A stretch of 64,000 nucleotides of DNA from a virus: IMG/VR virus record IMGVR_UViG_3300028590_000011, positions 1 to 64,000 of that record; one strand, given 5' to 3'. The notes below the pieces were generated by a model. It saw nothing but the letters and a program-made list of their open reading frames with translations, was not told the DNA's origin and did not search any database. The position numbers were made by a program, and so were the translations under genes. Shown in pieces: positions 35,355-45,926 of the stretch; position 1 is the stretch's first letter, and each line of letters begins with the position of its first letter.

Positions 35355-35542
35355 GCAATATCGTTGTGTACAGCGACCGTGGCGTGAACGTCTGGGCGAA
35401 GGCGTACGCGTCTCGCGATGAGGCTGTCGCCTTCGCTTCTCAGATCGAGCCAGAAGTCGTCTTGCAGGACTTTGGCTACAAGCTGGGCGGCGTCTCCGAG
35501 AACGGCCTCAGAGTCATCGAGATCTTCGAGGAGCGACCATGA
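35351..35542 (+). CDS. Hypothetical protein
   Basis: Coupled ORF. Confidence 0.55.
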   Translation: MSNIVVYSDRGVNVWAKAYASRDEAVAFASQIEPEVVLQDFGYKLGGVSENGLRVIEIFEERP

Positions 35543-35832
35543 TGTTCGGGCCGGTGTTGGTCACCGGTGCCGTGCACGACGTGGAGATCGGTTTCTGGGA
35601 GATCGGTCGAACTGAAGCTCTGAAGGACCCGACTGCACCTGACGACGAGGTGCATGTCTACGAGTACAACATCAAGTCCAAGAAGCGCCTCACCGACGAG
35701 GTGGAGATCTTCGAGGGTCTGGTGGAGCATCGTTACGGCGACGGCTGGATGGTGCTGATGTACAAGGTCCTGTCGGATGCCTTGGGTGTGGAGGCGAGTC
35801 TGGAACTCTCCACACCCGGTCCTGGCAGCTAG
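35539..35832 (+). CDS. Hypothetical protein
   Basis: Last plus-strand gene. Confidence 0.6.
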   Translation: MMFGPVLVTGAVHDVEIGFWEIGRTEALKDPTAPDDEVHVYEYNIKSKKRLTDEVEIFEGLVEHRYGDGWMVLMYKVLSDALGVEASLELSTPGPGS

Positions 35833-35929
35833 GTAAGAACGGGCAGTGGTGCAGGCTGCTGCTGCATGTGATCCAGATCTCTGCCCGTCACCGTGTGACA
35901 ACTGAATAGGGACCCTCTCTCCGTCCCAA

Positions 35930-35999
35930 GCCCCAAGGGGGCCTCTCATCTCAGCTTCGGCTGGGGTGGGAGGCCCCCTTCGTGGGCCTTTCTGCGTTT
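35930..35999. terminator. Terminator between the converging gene blocks
   Basis: AAGGGGGCCTC...TTCG...GAGGCCCCCTT long hairpin with a T-rich tail. Confidence 0.75.
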
Positions 36000-36007
36000 C
36001 TGGACCT

Positions 36008-36373
36008 TTATCCGAAGGAGATGGCCAGATCGCCCTGGTACAGGATGTAGCCGAAGCCGTTGAGGATAGTGACCTTCTCAGGCAGTCGCGCGTACGCCCG
36101 GAGTCGTCCAGCAGTGGCAGCTGAGTTCACCCCGAAGTGGGTGATCTGTGTCTGAACCAGCCCGGTGAAGCGAGCGTCCGACAGCGACCAGATGGACCTG
36201 TTAGCTGGGTCAGTGAAGGACACCTGCGCGCGGACATAGCCGCCTCCGGAGATCTCGCAGTTGCCTACGCCCGCCAGTCCGGGGGTGTCGTAGTGCAGGG
36301 AGATCCAGGCTCCGTCAGCGACCTCCTGGAGCCATTCGTGCACCTGGTCGTCGGTGAAGCTGCCGTCCATCAC
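36008..36373 (-). CDS. Minor tail protein
   Basis: LH..TPG..G..EISGGGY.R...F pattern; end of the tail module. Confidence 0.7.
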   Translation of the reverse strand: MMDGSFTDDQVHEWLQEVADGAWISLHYDTPGLAGVGNCEISGGGYVRAQVSFTDPANRSIWSLSDARFTGLVQTQITHFGVNSAATAGRLRAYARLPEKVTILNGFGYILYQGDLAISFG

Positions 36374-38571
36374 TGGGTCCCCGGTTCTGCTCGGAAGAAG
36401 CGGCCCATGAAGTACACCGGCTCAGGGCCCTGCTCATCACAGTAGATCATCACGAACAGCATCCCGGCGTACTCCATGTTCGCGTTGTTCTCGGGGCTGA
36501 GCAGGTCGAGTGTATTGCTCAGATCCCACGCCCAGGAGGTGTCGTCCTCCAGCAGACCAGTGCGTGCAGCGCCCCGAGAGAAGCGGCCAGGAGAGTAGCC
36601 AGCGGGCTCGTAGTAGTTGCCCCAACCGATGATCAGGTCAGAGCCCTCAGCAGGCAGATAGGCGTCGTTGTCGTACGCCGTACCGTCCTCCTGGACACGC
36701 TCCCAGGCGTTCTCGAAGAACGGGTTGCCCTGCGCAGCACCGTAGTTGGTGGTGATGTTCTGGGGCTTCAGGTACTTGATTCCAGTGGCCTCAGGGTCAG
36801 CAGGGAAGCGCGGCATCGCCTGCGGGGAGACACCGTTGTTGGCGTACACCGAGGCGTGGAAGCGGACCGGCAGGACGTTGCCGTCCTTGTCGTACGCCGC
36901 GATCTGGGAGCGCTTGATCGAACCAGCCTGAGACATCCGGATCGGAATAGCGAGGATGGACTGACCATCTCGCGCGACACCAGACCAGTTCTTGTTCGAG
37001 TCGGTCTCGTTGGTGGGGTTGATCCGGACGTAGTAGCCCTTGTAGGCCGGATTCGACGGTGGGTACTGCCGGGTGTAGTCCTCGTACGGGAACACCGCAG
37101 TCGAGGGGAGCTTCTCGTTGAAGAACTCCTTGGAGCCCATCGGGACACAGCCAGAGCCCTCACTGTAGCTCCACGGGAGCACCAGGTCCTGGACGGTGTT
37201 GGAGTACTTGCCCGTCTGGAGTGCTCGCAACGGCGTCAACGCGTCGCGGGTACGCGCCTTCACCTCGTCCACGGTCAACTGGTCGCGGTACTTGGAGTCG
37301 AACTCCAGGGTCATGGTGAGACTCATGAAGTCCGCCGAAGCACTGGTGACGTGGCAGATGAGTCCCTCCGGCAGCCCGAAGAAGTTCTTGACCCGCAGGG
37401 TGGTGCCTGCCTGCATCAGCATCCGAGGGCAGATCCGTCCATCGGCGTAGCGAGGGTCGGTGGAGAGGGTGATCGTGCCGGTGATCCCAGGATCAGAGAA
37501 GCGCTGGAGCTGACCCTGCGCGATCTTCTGCGCGGTGACCGCGTCCACTCCGTCCTGGAACCTGATCATCGTCTCCTTGGCCCGCAGGTCCGGGTTGTAG
37601 AGCGGGTTCTGGTACCGAGGCCACACCTGCGGCTCGTACGCGAAGGGGCGGTAGGTGGTGGTCTTCCCATCCGGCGAGACAGTCATCCCCGAGTAGGAGA
37701 CGCCCGAGTCGTCCACGCCCTGACCGAAGATCACCGAGGCACGCTGGGTGAAGTCCCTACTCCCGGAGAAGGTGACGCCAGGCGAGCCGAGGACTACCTC
37801 GATGATCTCCTCGGAGTCGTCCTCAGGGATCTGACGGAGGTACAGCTCAGGACAGCGGTAGCCCCGGTTCCGGATCGTCCACTGCGCCCCACCCTCGGCA
37901 AACATCACACTCAGCAGGCTCTGTACGTGGCCGGTGAGGACCGGCTCCCAGGATCCGGTGGAGCGACTCGTGAAGCCGGTCCAGCGCTGTCCAGTGGCCA
38001 CACCCCACGGCTTCAGGAAGCTCAGGTACGCCGCATCGTTGTACTCCGGAACCCTCTGTTCCCACCATGCAGGCCACAGTACGCGGAACTGACCGAGATG
38101 GGCAGGATGCTGGGTCTGGTCGAATGCCTGTGCGATCAGGATCTCGTAGGGGATCGGTCGCTTCGGATAGGAGGGGATGGCCAGGTAGTCATCCAGCGCG
38201 TAGAGCGCGCCCTTCAGGTCGATGCTGAAGGTGTTCTCTCGGCCAGAGATACCGAACTGGTAGGAGACGATGAACCCCTCCCAGCGCCAGTCGATCCCGT
38301 AGTCTCCGGTGTTCTGCCAGACGATGTCGATGTCGCTGTTCGGGGACAGCCAATCGAGGTCGCCCTTGCCGGGGTTGTCGAACAGGGTCACTTGCGGCAG
38401 CGAGATCTGCGCCGTCTGGTGAGTGAAGGGGTCACCGAAGACGGCGCTGGTGAGCACGATGGGCGCACCACGGAAGATGGTGATCTCCTTGCGCTTCCCA
38501 CTGGGGGTCTTGGCGAAGATCCGGAAGTAGCCGAGGCTCTGCGACTCGGTGGGGTGGGCAGACAGCGTCAC
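36370..38571 (-). CDS. Minor tail (hub/Tal-like) protein
   Basis: Large ORF downstream of the tape measure. Confidence 0.7.
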   Translation of the reverse strand: MTLSAHPTESQSLGYFRIFAKTPSGKRKEITIFRGAPIVLTSAVFGDPFTHQTAQISLPQVTLFDNPGKGDLDWLSPNSDIDIVWQNTGDYGIDWRWEGFIVSYQFGISGRENTFSIDLKGALYALDDYLAIPSYPKRPIPYEILIAQAFDQTQHPAHLGQFRVLWPAWWEQRVPEYNDAAYLSFLKPWGVATGQRWTGFTSRSTGSWEPVLTGHVQSLLSVMFAEGGAQWTIRNRGYRCPELYLRQIPEDDSEEIIEVVLGSPGVTFSGSRDFTQRASVIFGQGVDDSGVSYSGMTVSPDGKTTTYRPFAYEPQVWPRYQNPLYNPDLRAKETMIRFQDGVDAVTAQKIAQGQLQRFSDPGITGTITLSTDPRYADGRICPRMLMQAGTTLRVKNFFGLPEGLICHVTSASADFMSLTMTLEFDSKYRDQLTVDEVKARTRDALTPLRALQTGKYSNTVQDLVLPWSYSEGSGCVPMGSKEFFNEKLPSTAVFPYEDYTRQYPPSNPAYKGYYVRINPTNETDSNKNWSGVARDGQSILAIPIRMSQAGSIKRSQIAAYDKDGNVLPVRFHASVYANNGVSPQAMPRFPADPEATGIKYLKPQNITTNYGAAQGNPFFENAWERVQEDGTAYDNDAYLPAEGSDLIIGWGNYYEPAGYSPGRFSRGAARTGLLEDDTSWAWDLSNTLDLLSPENNANMEYAGMLFVMIYCDEQGPEPVYFMGRFFRAEPGTQ

Positions 38572-39584
38572 TCCGCGCCTCCGTAGCAACGAGAGAGCAG
38601 AGCGAACTCGTTCTGCACCTCAACCGGGGTGAGCTGGTTGGCATAGATGCTCAGGTCGAACAGGGCCATGTCCGCAGTGTGCAGGACATCTCCAGTGCTG
38701 CGCCCGAGGACCACGCCGTCGTCCAGGTGAGCCATCCCCAAGCCGGTGGGAGTGGAGCTGATCCTGATGTCCTCAGGGCCAGAGCCGACGTAGATGGTGA
38801 CCGTGGGGTAGCCGAAGATCATGGCCAGGAACATCGGTGCGTTGGAGTTCAGCTCCGGGGTGATCGAGCCCATCCGCACCGGTGCCTTGCTCTCAGTGGC
38901 GAAGTACAAGTAGCCGCCCTGCATGGTCACTGAGTGCCAGGAGTCTCCGATGTCCTCAGCGAAGGACTCACCTTCAGGGGTGGCTCGTCCCGGACACCAC
39001 AGCCCGTTGTAGGGGACTGCTACGTTGTTGCCGTAGGCCGAGTTGGGGCTCATCACCATGATTACGGTGTAGCCGGTGGAGCCACCGATGCTGCCCGTGA
39101 AGTCCGCCCACATGTGGTTGCGGGTGTCGGAGTCGAAGTTGAGCGCGGTCTGTACGAAGCGCTCGTCCTTGACTCGGTATTCGTAGTCGTTGACCAACAC
39201 CGGCGCGTACTCCACCGAGGTCTCCCAAGTGGAGATCCCACCAGTCGCGTCCTGGAAAGGTCGCCAGATCAGCGCGTCCTCGTCGTAGTAGTCCGGGTCA
39301 GCGATCCACCGGATGAGCGCTCCGGTCTCGATGGCGGTGCTGTCGTCGCGGAGTGCGATCACCTCGCCGGAGGCCGAGATGAGAGTGTTGCAGCGGATGT
39401 CATACGCCGGTACCTCTACAGGCCAGCCCTGCCTGATCCGGAACTCGTCCATCTCGAACGACTTGGTCTGTAGTGGGTAGAGACCTCCGGGAGCCTCGTT
39501 GACCTGAGGAGGCTCGACTGACAGTCGGACCTGGCCACTGACGATGATCTCCACGGGCTCTGGAGTGAACTCCTTCAGTGCCAT
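38568..39584 (-). CDS. Minor tail protein, possible LamG-like domain
   Basis: Position; C-terminal L.IY...LT..EV. Confidence 0.6.
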   Translation of the reverse strand: MALKEFTPEPVEIIVSGQVRLSVEPPQVNEAPGGLYPLQTKSFEMDEFRIRQGWPVEVPAYDIRCNTLISASGEVIALRDDSTAIETGALIRWIADPDYYDEDALIWRPFQDATGGISTWETSVEYAPVLVNDYEYRVKDERFVQTALNFDSDTRNHMWADFTGSIGGSTGYTVIMVMSPNSAYGNNVAVPYNGLWCPGRATPEGESFAEDIGDSWHSVTMQGGYLYFATESKAPVRMGSITPELNSNAPMFLAMIFGYPTVTIYVGSGPEDIRISSTPTGLGMAHLDDGVVLGRSTGDVLHTADMALFDLSIYANQLTPVEVQNEFALLSRCYGGAE

Positions 39585-40021
39585 CAGTTCGCCTCGTTGA
39601 AGAACGGCCCCAACGACACCGACAGGGTTCCGGATGGGATCATCACTGTGTCACCGGTGTCGATGACATCAGGCTCAGCGAACTTGCCGATCATGTAGAT
39701 GAAGCCGTCCACGACCGCGTTGCAGATCGCCCAGTACCGGATGGTGCCCCAGTCCTCCTGAGCCGTGGTGAAGGTCAGGTCCGTCTCGCAGACAGTGATC
39801 TGGATAGCGCCCTCGTTGGACCACACCGAGGTCTCGTTGACGACCGCCACCCGCTCGTACTCCGGCGCGTCCGGCTCATCCAGCTCAGCACCAGAGAGGA
39901 ACGGGGTGGGCGCTACGTCCTTGATCAGCGCCACGTAGAAGATCGGAGGTGGCTCAGCGGTCCGAGAGAAGAAGGTGTTCAGTAGCTCGCCAGCGCCCCA
40001 CAGGGTGATCTTCCCGCTCAC
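39584..40021 (-). CDS. Minor tail protein
   Basis: YVAL...E....Y.R...F..A..DWG.I pattern. Confidence 0.7.
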   Translation of the reverse strand: MSGKITLWGAGELLNTFFSRTAEPPPIFYVALIKDVAPTPFLSGAELDEPDAPEYERVAVVNETSVWSNEGAIQITVCETDLTFTTAQEDWGTIRYWAICNAVVDGFIYMIGKFAEPDVIDTGDTVMIPSGTLSVSLGPFFNEAN

Positions 40022-40500
40022 TATGCGATCCTCTCACGAGTCACGTCCGGGTAGCGGGGAACGTTGAACGTCTCGATTGCCATCTGGTTGTGTGTCCAGA
40101 CATGGCCGCGCGAGAGCACCGAATCCGCGAGCTGACACCGCCAGTACTCCCGGTACTCGTTGAAGGTCCATCGGATGCGATAGTCCATCTGCTCGAACAG
40201 GCTCTGGAGGAACCAGTAGTTGTCCGCCAAGTCAGTCTGGTCCTCGCCGCCAACCCAGACCGATACGGTCTCCATCACCATGTCCGGAACAGCGTGCACC
40301 AGATAGCTACCGCCCAGTACAGGTGACTCAGCGACCGTCTTGCGCCACGACTTGGCAGACTGCTCGCGGGTCTGGTCAGCGTTGATCCGGAACTTGTCGC
40401 CGTCGTTGATGTTGACCCAACGAGAGCCGTAGGACACCTCGACAGCTAGATAGGACAGCCCCTTGCTCTCAGGGGCGACTACGCCGTACGGGACCTTCAT
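40021..40500 (-). CDS. Distal tail-like protein
   Basis: Immediately after the tape measure. Confidence 0.55.
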   Translation of the reverse strand: MKVPYGVVAPESKGLSYLAVEVSYGSRWVNINDGDKFRINADQTREQSAKSWRKTVAESPVLGGSYLVHAVPDMVMETVSVWVGGEDQTDLADNYWFLQSLFEQMDYRIRWTFNEYREYWRCQLADSVLSRGHVWTHNQMAIETFNVPRYPDVTRERIA

Positions 40501-43500
40501 CGCTTGCCTCCAAGCGCTGCCTGCGAGAGCGCCTGGATGCGCTGGCGCTGCTGCATCTGCTGGATGAACTCGGCCGGGTTGTTGGCCGCAACAGTGATGT
40601 TGCCCGAGAAAGTCGTGGACCGGTCGATCTGGTACGTGTTGATGGTGTGCGTGACGATGGGCGTCCCACCAGTCAGGTGAGAAGCCTTGCCCTCAGAGCC
40701 GACGTGCATCTTCTGCATGATGTCCGCGATGAACATCGCACCCCGGTCGTCCAGGGGCAGCACCATCTCCGGACCCTTCTCACCCACCCCGATGATGTTG
40801 GGGTCAGCGAAGATTCCGCCATGGCCATACCAACTGAGCGGCTCGTGGTTGTCCGGGTTCGGGCTCGTGTAGTGCCGGTAGCCGAGCTTGGCCATCCGAT
40901 TCAGAGCGTTGGACCAGGAACCTCGCTCGAAGCCGCCACCGATCTTGACCTTGCCCGCAGCCCGCTCCACGTTCGGGTACTCGTCCTTCAGCACGTCAGC
41001 CAGTGACATCCCGATGGCGACACCAGCAGCGCCGGAGCCGAGCATGACCGGACCGGTCCCGCCCATGATCTCGAAGTGCAGGTGGGGGCCTGAGGAGTTA
41101 CCGGTGCTACCCACGCGGCCGATCTGCTGGCCACGGACGACCGAATCACCGGGCTTCACACTGATCGCGGAGAGGTGGGCGTACAGGGTCTGTTCGTCAG
41201 TCTTGGGGTGGTTGACCCGGATGTGGTTGCCGTATGAGTAGTTCCAGCGGTTCACCAGCGCGATGACGCCGTCCTTGTAGGAACGGACCGGGTTGCCGTA
41301 GTCACCAGAGCCAGGGACGTTGATGTCGCCCGCCCAGCGAGCCCAGGGGTAGCCACCCTCGTGCTGGTGCCAACCACCGACAGCCGGGATAGTGCCGCCA
41401 GCAGCGAAGCCACGGCGAGCCATCTCGTTCATCTTCTTCACGGCCTGCGGGCCACCGACCTGGTCCACCCACTCCGGAACCATGATCGCCTCGCCACCAG
41501 CCAACGAGAGGGCCCCGTGCTTGGGGGAGAAGAAGTGCATGTCGTCACGGCCGATGGAGCGTCCAGGCAGCACACCACCATCGGCGTACTTGCGTCCTCC
41601 CGGACCCATGTCGTACTCGAACTTGTTGGTCCGACGACCCCCACCAGGGTTCTCCACCGGGGTGTACTTGAAGCCGAAGATCTCAGCCAACTGGGTCATG
41701 ATGTCGTTACCCTCGACACCCAGCTCCGTGCGGAGCTTGGAGAAGGTACCGAGCACCAGGCGAGCCTGCGTCGCGCTCTTGCCGTTCAGCTCCTTGGTCG
41801 CTCGGACCAGGATCTCGGTCATAGAGCCGGAGATCTCCTCGGCCATCCGGTCCATGTCCTCCTTGGCACGAGCCATGGAGGTAGCGAAGTCAGTACTCAT
41901 GTTCCGGACTGCGCGACCGTAGTCCTCAGCACCTCGCGACATCGAGAGGGAGAAGGCCTTCTGCTGGCGCTCCTGAGCCGTCTCGTAGTCGGTCGCAGAG
42001 CGAGACATCGACTTCTGGAAGTCGTCCTCCATCTGCTGCATCTGGAGACGGAAGTCCTTGCGGGCTCGCTTGACCGACTTCTCGAAGTCCGCAGTGGCGC
42101 GCGTACGAGACAGCTCGTACTGCCGCTGGAACTCCTCCCAGTCCTTAGAGGATTCGTCGGTGACCAGCTCCCGAGCAGCACCCAGCCGCTCCTTGATGGC
42201 GGTGTTGAACTGCTCGATGATCTGTGGGTTGTTGGCGGCCTCAGCCACGAACCTGGAGAGCTGCTGAGCGTTGTTGCTGTCCGTCAGACCGAGTTGCTGG
42301 ATTGCATCGTCAGACAGCCCCATCCCGCGCACACGGTCCAGGTTGCTGCTCTGGTTCCGCATCTGCTCCAGCTGATCCTGGGCGTTGACCAGCATGTAGG
42401 AGGCAGACGAAGTGCGCTGCACCCGCATCCGCTCGTAGATGTTGTACATCTGCTGAGCAGCCTGCTCGGCCATCAACACAACCTGGTGGTTGTAGTCCTG
42501 TTCCTGGCGCAGCCGGGAGGTGTTGAAGTCCTCCTGGCCCCGTGTCATGGACAGGGTGAACTGGTACTGGCCACGTTCACGAGAGAGGTTGTAGTCCTCT
42601 TCAGCCCGACGCCGGGAGAGCTGGTAGTCCTGCTCCTGGTACATCCGCTGGAGATGGAAGTCAGCCTGCGCACGCCGACGCGAGATGCCGTACTCCTCAT
42701 CCATCCGCGCGCGCGAACGACCGAAGTCCTCCTGGGCCCGAGCCTGGGAGACATTGAACTCCCTCTGCTGGTAGAGCAGCTGCTGGAAGTACTGCACCTG
42801 CTGCATGGTGTTCTGGATGAAGCCCGCCTGGGCCTCCTCCATCTTCTCCATCTGGTTCGGGTCACCGGCCATGGTGTTGGCCTGCGTGGCGAACAGATTC
42901 GCCTGCTGCTGGTATCCCGCAGAGCGTCCCATGAACGGCTGCTGGTAGCCGAGGGTCTGCTTGGCCTTGTCCAGGATCGCCTGGTTGAGGATGTACTCCG
43001 GATCGTCCGCAGTCATCCCCTGAGCCAGCACGTCGCCGCTCTGGCGTACGACACCCAGCGGGGTAGCCCCATCGCGCAACAGCCGCGAGTAGGTGCTGTT
43101 GATCGCCCGGTACTGGAGGTTTACATCCTCAGGAAGCGCGAGGGCGCTCTTCACGTCCTGGCTACCCATGAAAGTGGCACCGGTGTAGTTGGTTCGCGCG
43201 ATCCGATCCCACAAGCCGGTGGACTTACCAGGAGAGGTGATCTGGTCGATCATCTTCTGGTAGTCGTCAGCGTTGTACTTGCCTCCACCCATCAGGCCCA
43301 GAAGCCCCTGCACAGCAGGGTTGTCCATGTCCGCCTGGGAAGCGACGAAGGCCTGCTTCAGGTCCTCGAACGTGATCCCGAGCTCGTCCATGTTGGGCTT
43401 CAGCTTCATGATCACTTCATCAAGCTTCTGCATCTGGGTGGCATAGTCACCCACCAGCTTCACGTCAGTCGCGTCAGCCAGACCAGTAGCGGCACCCTTG

Positions 43501-45926
43501 GACGCTTCCAGGTCGGCATACTGAGCGTTCGCCTTGTCGAAGGCTTCCTCAGAGTCGGACTTCCCGAACAGCCCTTCGACCATGTTCTTGGCGTTGGCAG
43601 CTGACGCGGTGAAGTTGGTGAACGCGGAGTGCCACTTGGCTCCGTCAGAGAGCTTGTCGCTGAGCTTGTTGTACTCCTCCAGCATGTCGTCGTAAGACGA
43701 GTCGAGCTCAGCCAGGGAGTCGCTCTTGCGCTGCACCGTATCGAAGGTCTTAGCGGCTTCCTCGAAGTCGTTGTTGGTCTTCGAGGCATCCATCACCAGA
43801 CCGACGCCAGCACCGATACCAGCACCCCAAGGGCCAGCCATGCCACCCATCAGACCCATGGCCAGGGTGTTCTGGAGACCGGTGTTAGCGCCAGCGCCAG
43901 TCATCAGCAGACCAGCACCAGCAGCCATGCCGATGTTGCCCCAGCCGATCTTGTTGCCGACTGCGCCGATACCGCCACCAATGACGCCCGCGCCCAAGCG
44001 CGCGGTGTTGAGCGCAGCCGAGGACATCGCCGCAGCGAGCGTTCCCGAGGAGCGCGTGAGGTTAGCGAACATCCGGGAGAGAACGCCGCTCTCACGCGAG
44101 ACAGCAGTAGTAGCGGACGCTCGCGCAGCAGCCGCAGCAGCCTCACTGGCGTACTGGCCACCGGGCATACGCGGACCTTCGTATCCCTGTCGGGAGTACA
44201 TCCGCTCGTTGAAGTCGATCCGACCCTGGTTGAACCACTGGAACGGAGCCGAGCCCAGGAACCGAGGCGAGTCGAACATCCGTATCCGGCGAGTCGGGTC
44301 GTTGTAGCCCGCAACACCCAGCGGGGAGTAGATCGGCGCGAGAAGGTTGCGCATACCCCATGCCGCCACGTTCCCCGGCATAGCCGCAGCGCGCTGCCAC
44401 AGCGGCGGACCGCCGCCCGGAGGCAGCAGACCAGAGGTGCCACGCCCCACTACGTTCCCAGCGTTGTAGCCCATCCGCTGTAGCCAAGAACCGTTCGCGG
44501 CTACCTGCTGCCCAGTAGTGCCCATCGGTCCAGCACCACCGACTGAGCCCATACCCGCTCGTCCCTCCAGGAACCCGCGCATGGGAGAGCCACGTAGCAC
44601 CATGGCACCAAGGGCGAGCTTGGAGAGCGCACCAGCCATCAGCAGCACGCTGCCCGCGAATGCAGCGGCGGCTCCAGCGCCGGTACCGAGGAAGGTCATG
44701 AACGCCCCGAAGGGTCCCTGCATGAGTTCGTTCAACCCACTGGTGAGCGAGCCGACCCCTTGCAAGATCTTGGTCACCATCTCCGCGAAGGGCTTGCCGA
44801 TCTCCTCAGCGATGGAGGCGATGTCCGAGCGAATGTTCTGGAGTTCGTCCACCATCCCCTTCATGGAGGCGGCAGCGCCCTTGCCAGTTGCGTCTGAGTC
44901 GAAGCCCATCTGCGACTCACGGATAGCGTCTCGGATACCACCACCAGACTGAGACATCAGCGCGGTCATCGTGCGGACGGTTCGCATACCGTCCAGACCC
45001 ATCCGGTTCAGGTCAGTGATGACCTTGGGGCCACCAGCGGAGATGGCCTCCATCACCTTGATGATCTGCTCAGAGCCTTCGAGCGACTTGAACTGCTCGA
45101 CGGTCATGTTGACGAGGTTCGCGTACTTGCTCAGCTCCGGAGATCCGGTCTGCGCAGCGTAGGCGATGTTGGTCGTCAGCTGAGAGAAGGTGTTGGCGGC
45201 GGCGTAGCCGTCCTGACCGGCCTTGGCGAAGGCGGTGGCCATGCCAGTGACTTGAGTCTGGTTCAGCTCCAGCAGTCGCCCGACCGGGGCGAGTTGTGCG
45301 GTGAACTCAGCGAGACCCTGAGCGGAGAGGTTGGTCTGCTGCGACAGGTAGGTGATCTGGTCGGCGTACTTCTTGGTAACGCCAGAGCCAGCGGTGTTGG
45401 TCCCCATGATCTTCTGGAGGTTCAGCACCGAGGTGGCCAGTCCAGTCGAGGACTCGCCCGTCGCCTTGGACATGGCAACGAAGGTGTCGGAGGTGGCCTT
45501 CAGCTCTCGCTGAGTGTTGCGGCCAGTGATCTTGGAGATGGTCTCAACGAGCTTGGAGCCCTCGGAGACCGTGGTTCCGTACGTCTTGCGGAGCCCATCC
45601 ACCGCAGCGGTGTAGGACTCCATCGTCTTCTTCTCAGCATCCCGAGAGCGCGTGACGATGGCTGCCTGAGCCTGGAGCCGAGACATCTGCTGCTCGTAGG
45701 CGGCATAGGCAGCAGTGGCGCCGGTGATGATCGCTACGTCAGCAGCAGCGATCCCCACCAGCTTGCGACCAGCAGACTTGCTGAGGTCGTTGATCTTCTT
45801 CGTGAGGGAGTCAACCGAAGCAGCCAGGACATCCGTGGCGGATGCCGACGACTGCATCGCCTGGTCGTACTGCGTGTTGTTCGCTGTGAGTACGACTTCA
45901 GCGTCGATCGGCTGATCCATGTTCAC
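40497..45926 (-). CDS. Tape measure protein with C-terminal M23 peptidase domain
   Basis: 1809 aa, Ala/Gly-rich and helical; YGNH, LYAHL and GPHLHFE M23 motifs. Confidence 0.92.
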   Translation of the reverse strand: MNMDQPIDAEVVLTANNTQYDQAMQSSASATDVLAASVDSLTKKINDLSKSAGRKLVGIAAADVAIITGATAAYAAYEQQMSRLQAQAAIVTRSRDAEKKTMESYTAAVDGLRKTYGTTVSEGSKLVETISKITGRNTQRELKATSDTFVAMSKATGESSTGLATSVLNLQKIMGTNTAGSGVTKKYADQITYLSQQTNLSAQGLAEFTAQLAPVGRLLELNQTQVTGMATAFAKAGQDGYAAANTFSQLTTNIAYAAQTGSPELSKYANLVNMTVEQFKSLEGSEQIIKVMEAISAGGPKVITDLNRMGLDGMRTVRTMTALMSQSGGGIRDAIRESQMGFDSDATGKGAAASMKGMVDELQNIRSDIASIAEEIGKPFAEMVTKILQGVGSLTSGLNELMQGPFGAFMTFLGTGAGAAAAFAGSVLLMAGALSKLALGAMVLRGSPMRGFLEGRAGMGSVGGAGPMGTTGQQVAANGSWLQRMGYNAGNVVGRGTSGLLPPGGGPPLWQRAAAMPGNVAAWGMRNLLAPIYSPLGVAGYNDPTRRIRMFDSPRFLGSAPFQWFNQGRIDFNERMYSRQGYEGPRMPGGQYASEAAAAAARASATTAVSRESGVLSRMFANLTRSSGTLAAAMSSAALNTARLGAGVIGGGIGAVGNKIGWGNIGMAAGAGLLMTGAGANTGLQNTLAMGLMGGMAGPWGAGIGAGVGLVMDASKTNNDFEEAAKTFDTVQRKSDSLAELDSSYDDMLEEYNKLSDKLSDGAKWHSAFTNFTASAANAKNMVEGLFGKSDSEEAFDKANAQYADLEASKGAATGLADATDVKLVGDYATQMQKLDEVIMKLKPNMDELGITFEDLKQAFVASQADMDNPAVQGLLGLMGGGKYNADDYQKMIDQITSPGKSTGLWDRIARTNYTGATFMGSQDVKSALALPEDVNLQYRAINSTYSRLLRDGATPLGVVRQSGDVLAQGMTADDPEYILNQAILDKAKQTLGYQQPFMGRSAGYQQQANLFATQANTMAGDPNQMEKMEEAQAGFIQNTMQQVQYFQQLLYQQREFNVSQARAQEDFGRSRARMDEEYGISRRRAQADFHLQRMYQEQDYQLSRRRAEEDYNLSRERGQYQFTLSMTRGQEDFNTSRLRQEQDYNHQVVLMAEQAAQQMYNIYERMRVQRTSSASYMLVNAQDQLEQMRNQSSNLDRVRGMGLSDDAIQQLGLTDSNNAQQLSRFVAEAANNPQIIEQFNTAIKERLGAARELVTDESSKDWEEFQRQYELSRTRATADFEKSVKRARKDFRLQMQQMEDDFQKSMSRSATDYETAQERQQKAFSLSMSRGAEDYGRAVRNMSTDFATSMARAKEDMDRMAEEISGSMTEILVRATKELNGKSATQARLVLGTFSKLRTELGVEGNDIMTQLAEIFGFKYTPVENPGGGRRTNKFEYDMGPGGRKYADGGVLPGRSIGRDDMHFFSPKHGALSLAGGEAIMVPEWVDQVGGPQAVKKMNEMARRGFAAGGTIPAVGGWHQHEGGYPWARWAGDINVPGSGDYGNPVRSYKDGVIALVNRWNYSYGNHIRVNHPKTDEQTLYAHLSAISVKPGDSVVRGQQIGRVGSTGNSSGPHLHFEIMGGTGPVMLGSGAAGVAIGMSLADVLKDEYPNVERAAGKVKIGGGFERGSWSNALNRMAKLGYRHYTSPNPDNHEPLSWYGHGGIFADPNIIGVGEKGPEMVLPLDDRGAMFIADIMQKMHVGSEGKASHLTGGTPIVTHTINTYQIDRSTTFSGNITVAANNPAEFIQQMQQRQRIQALSQAALGGKR

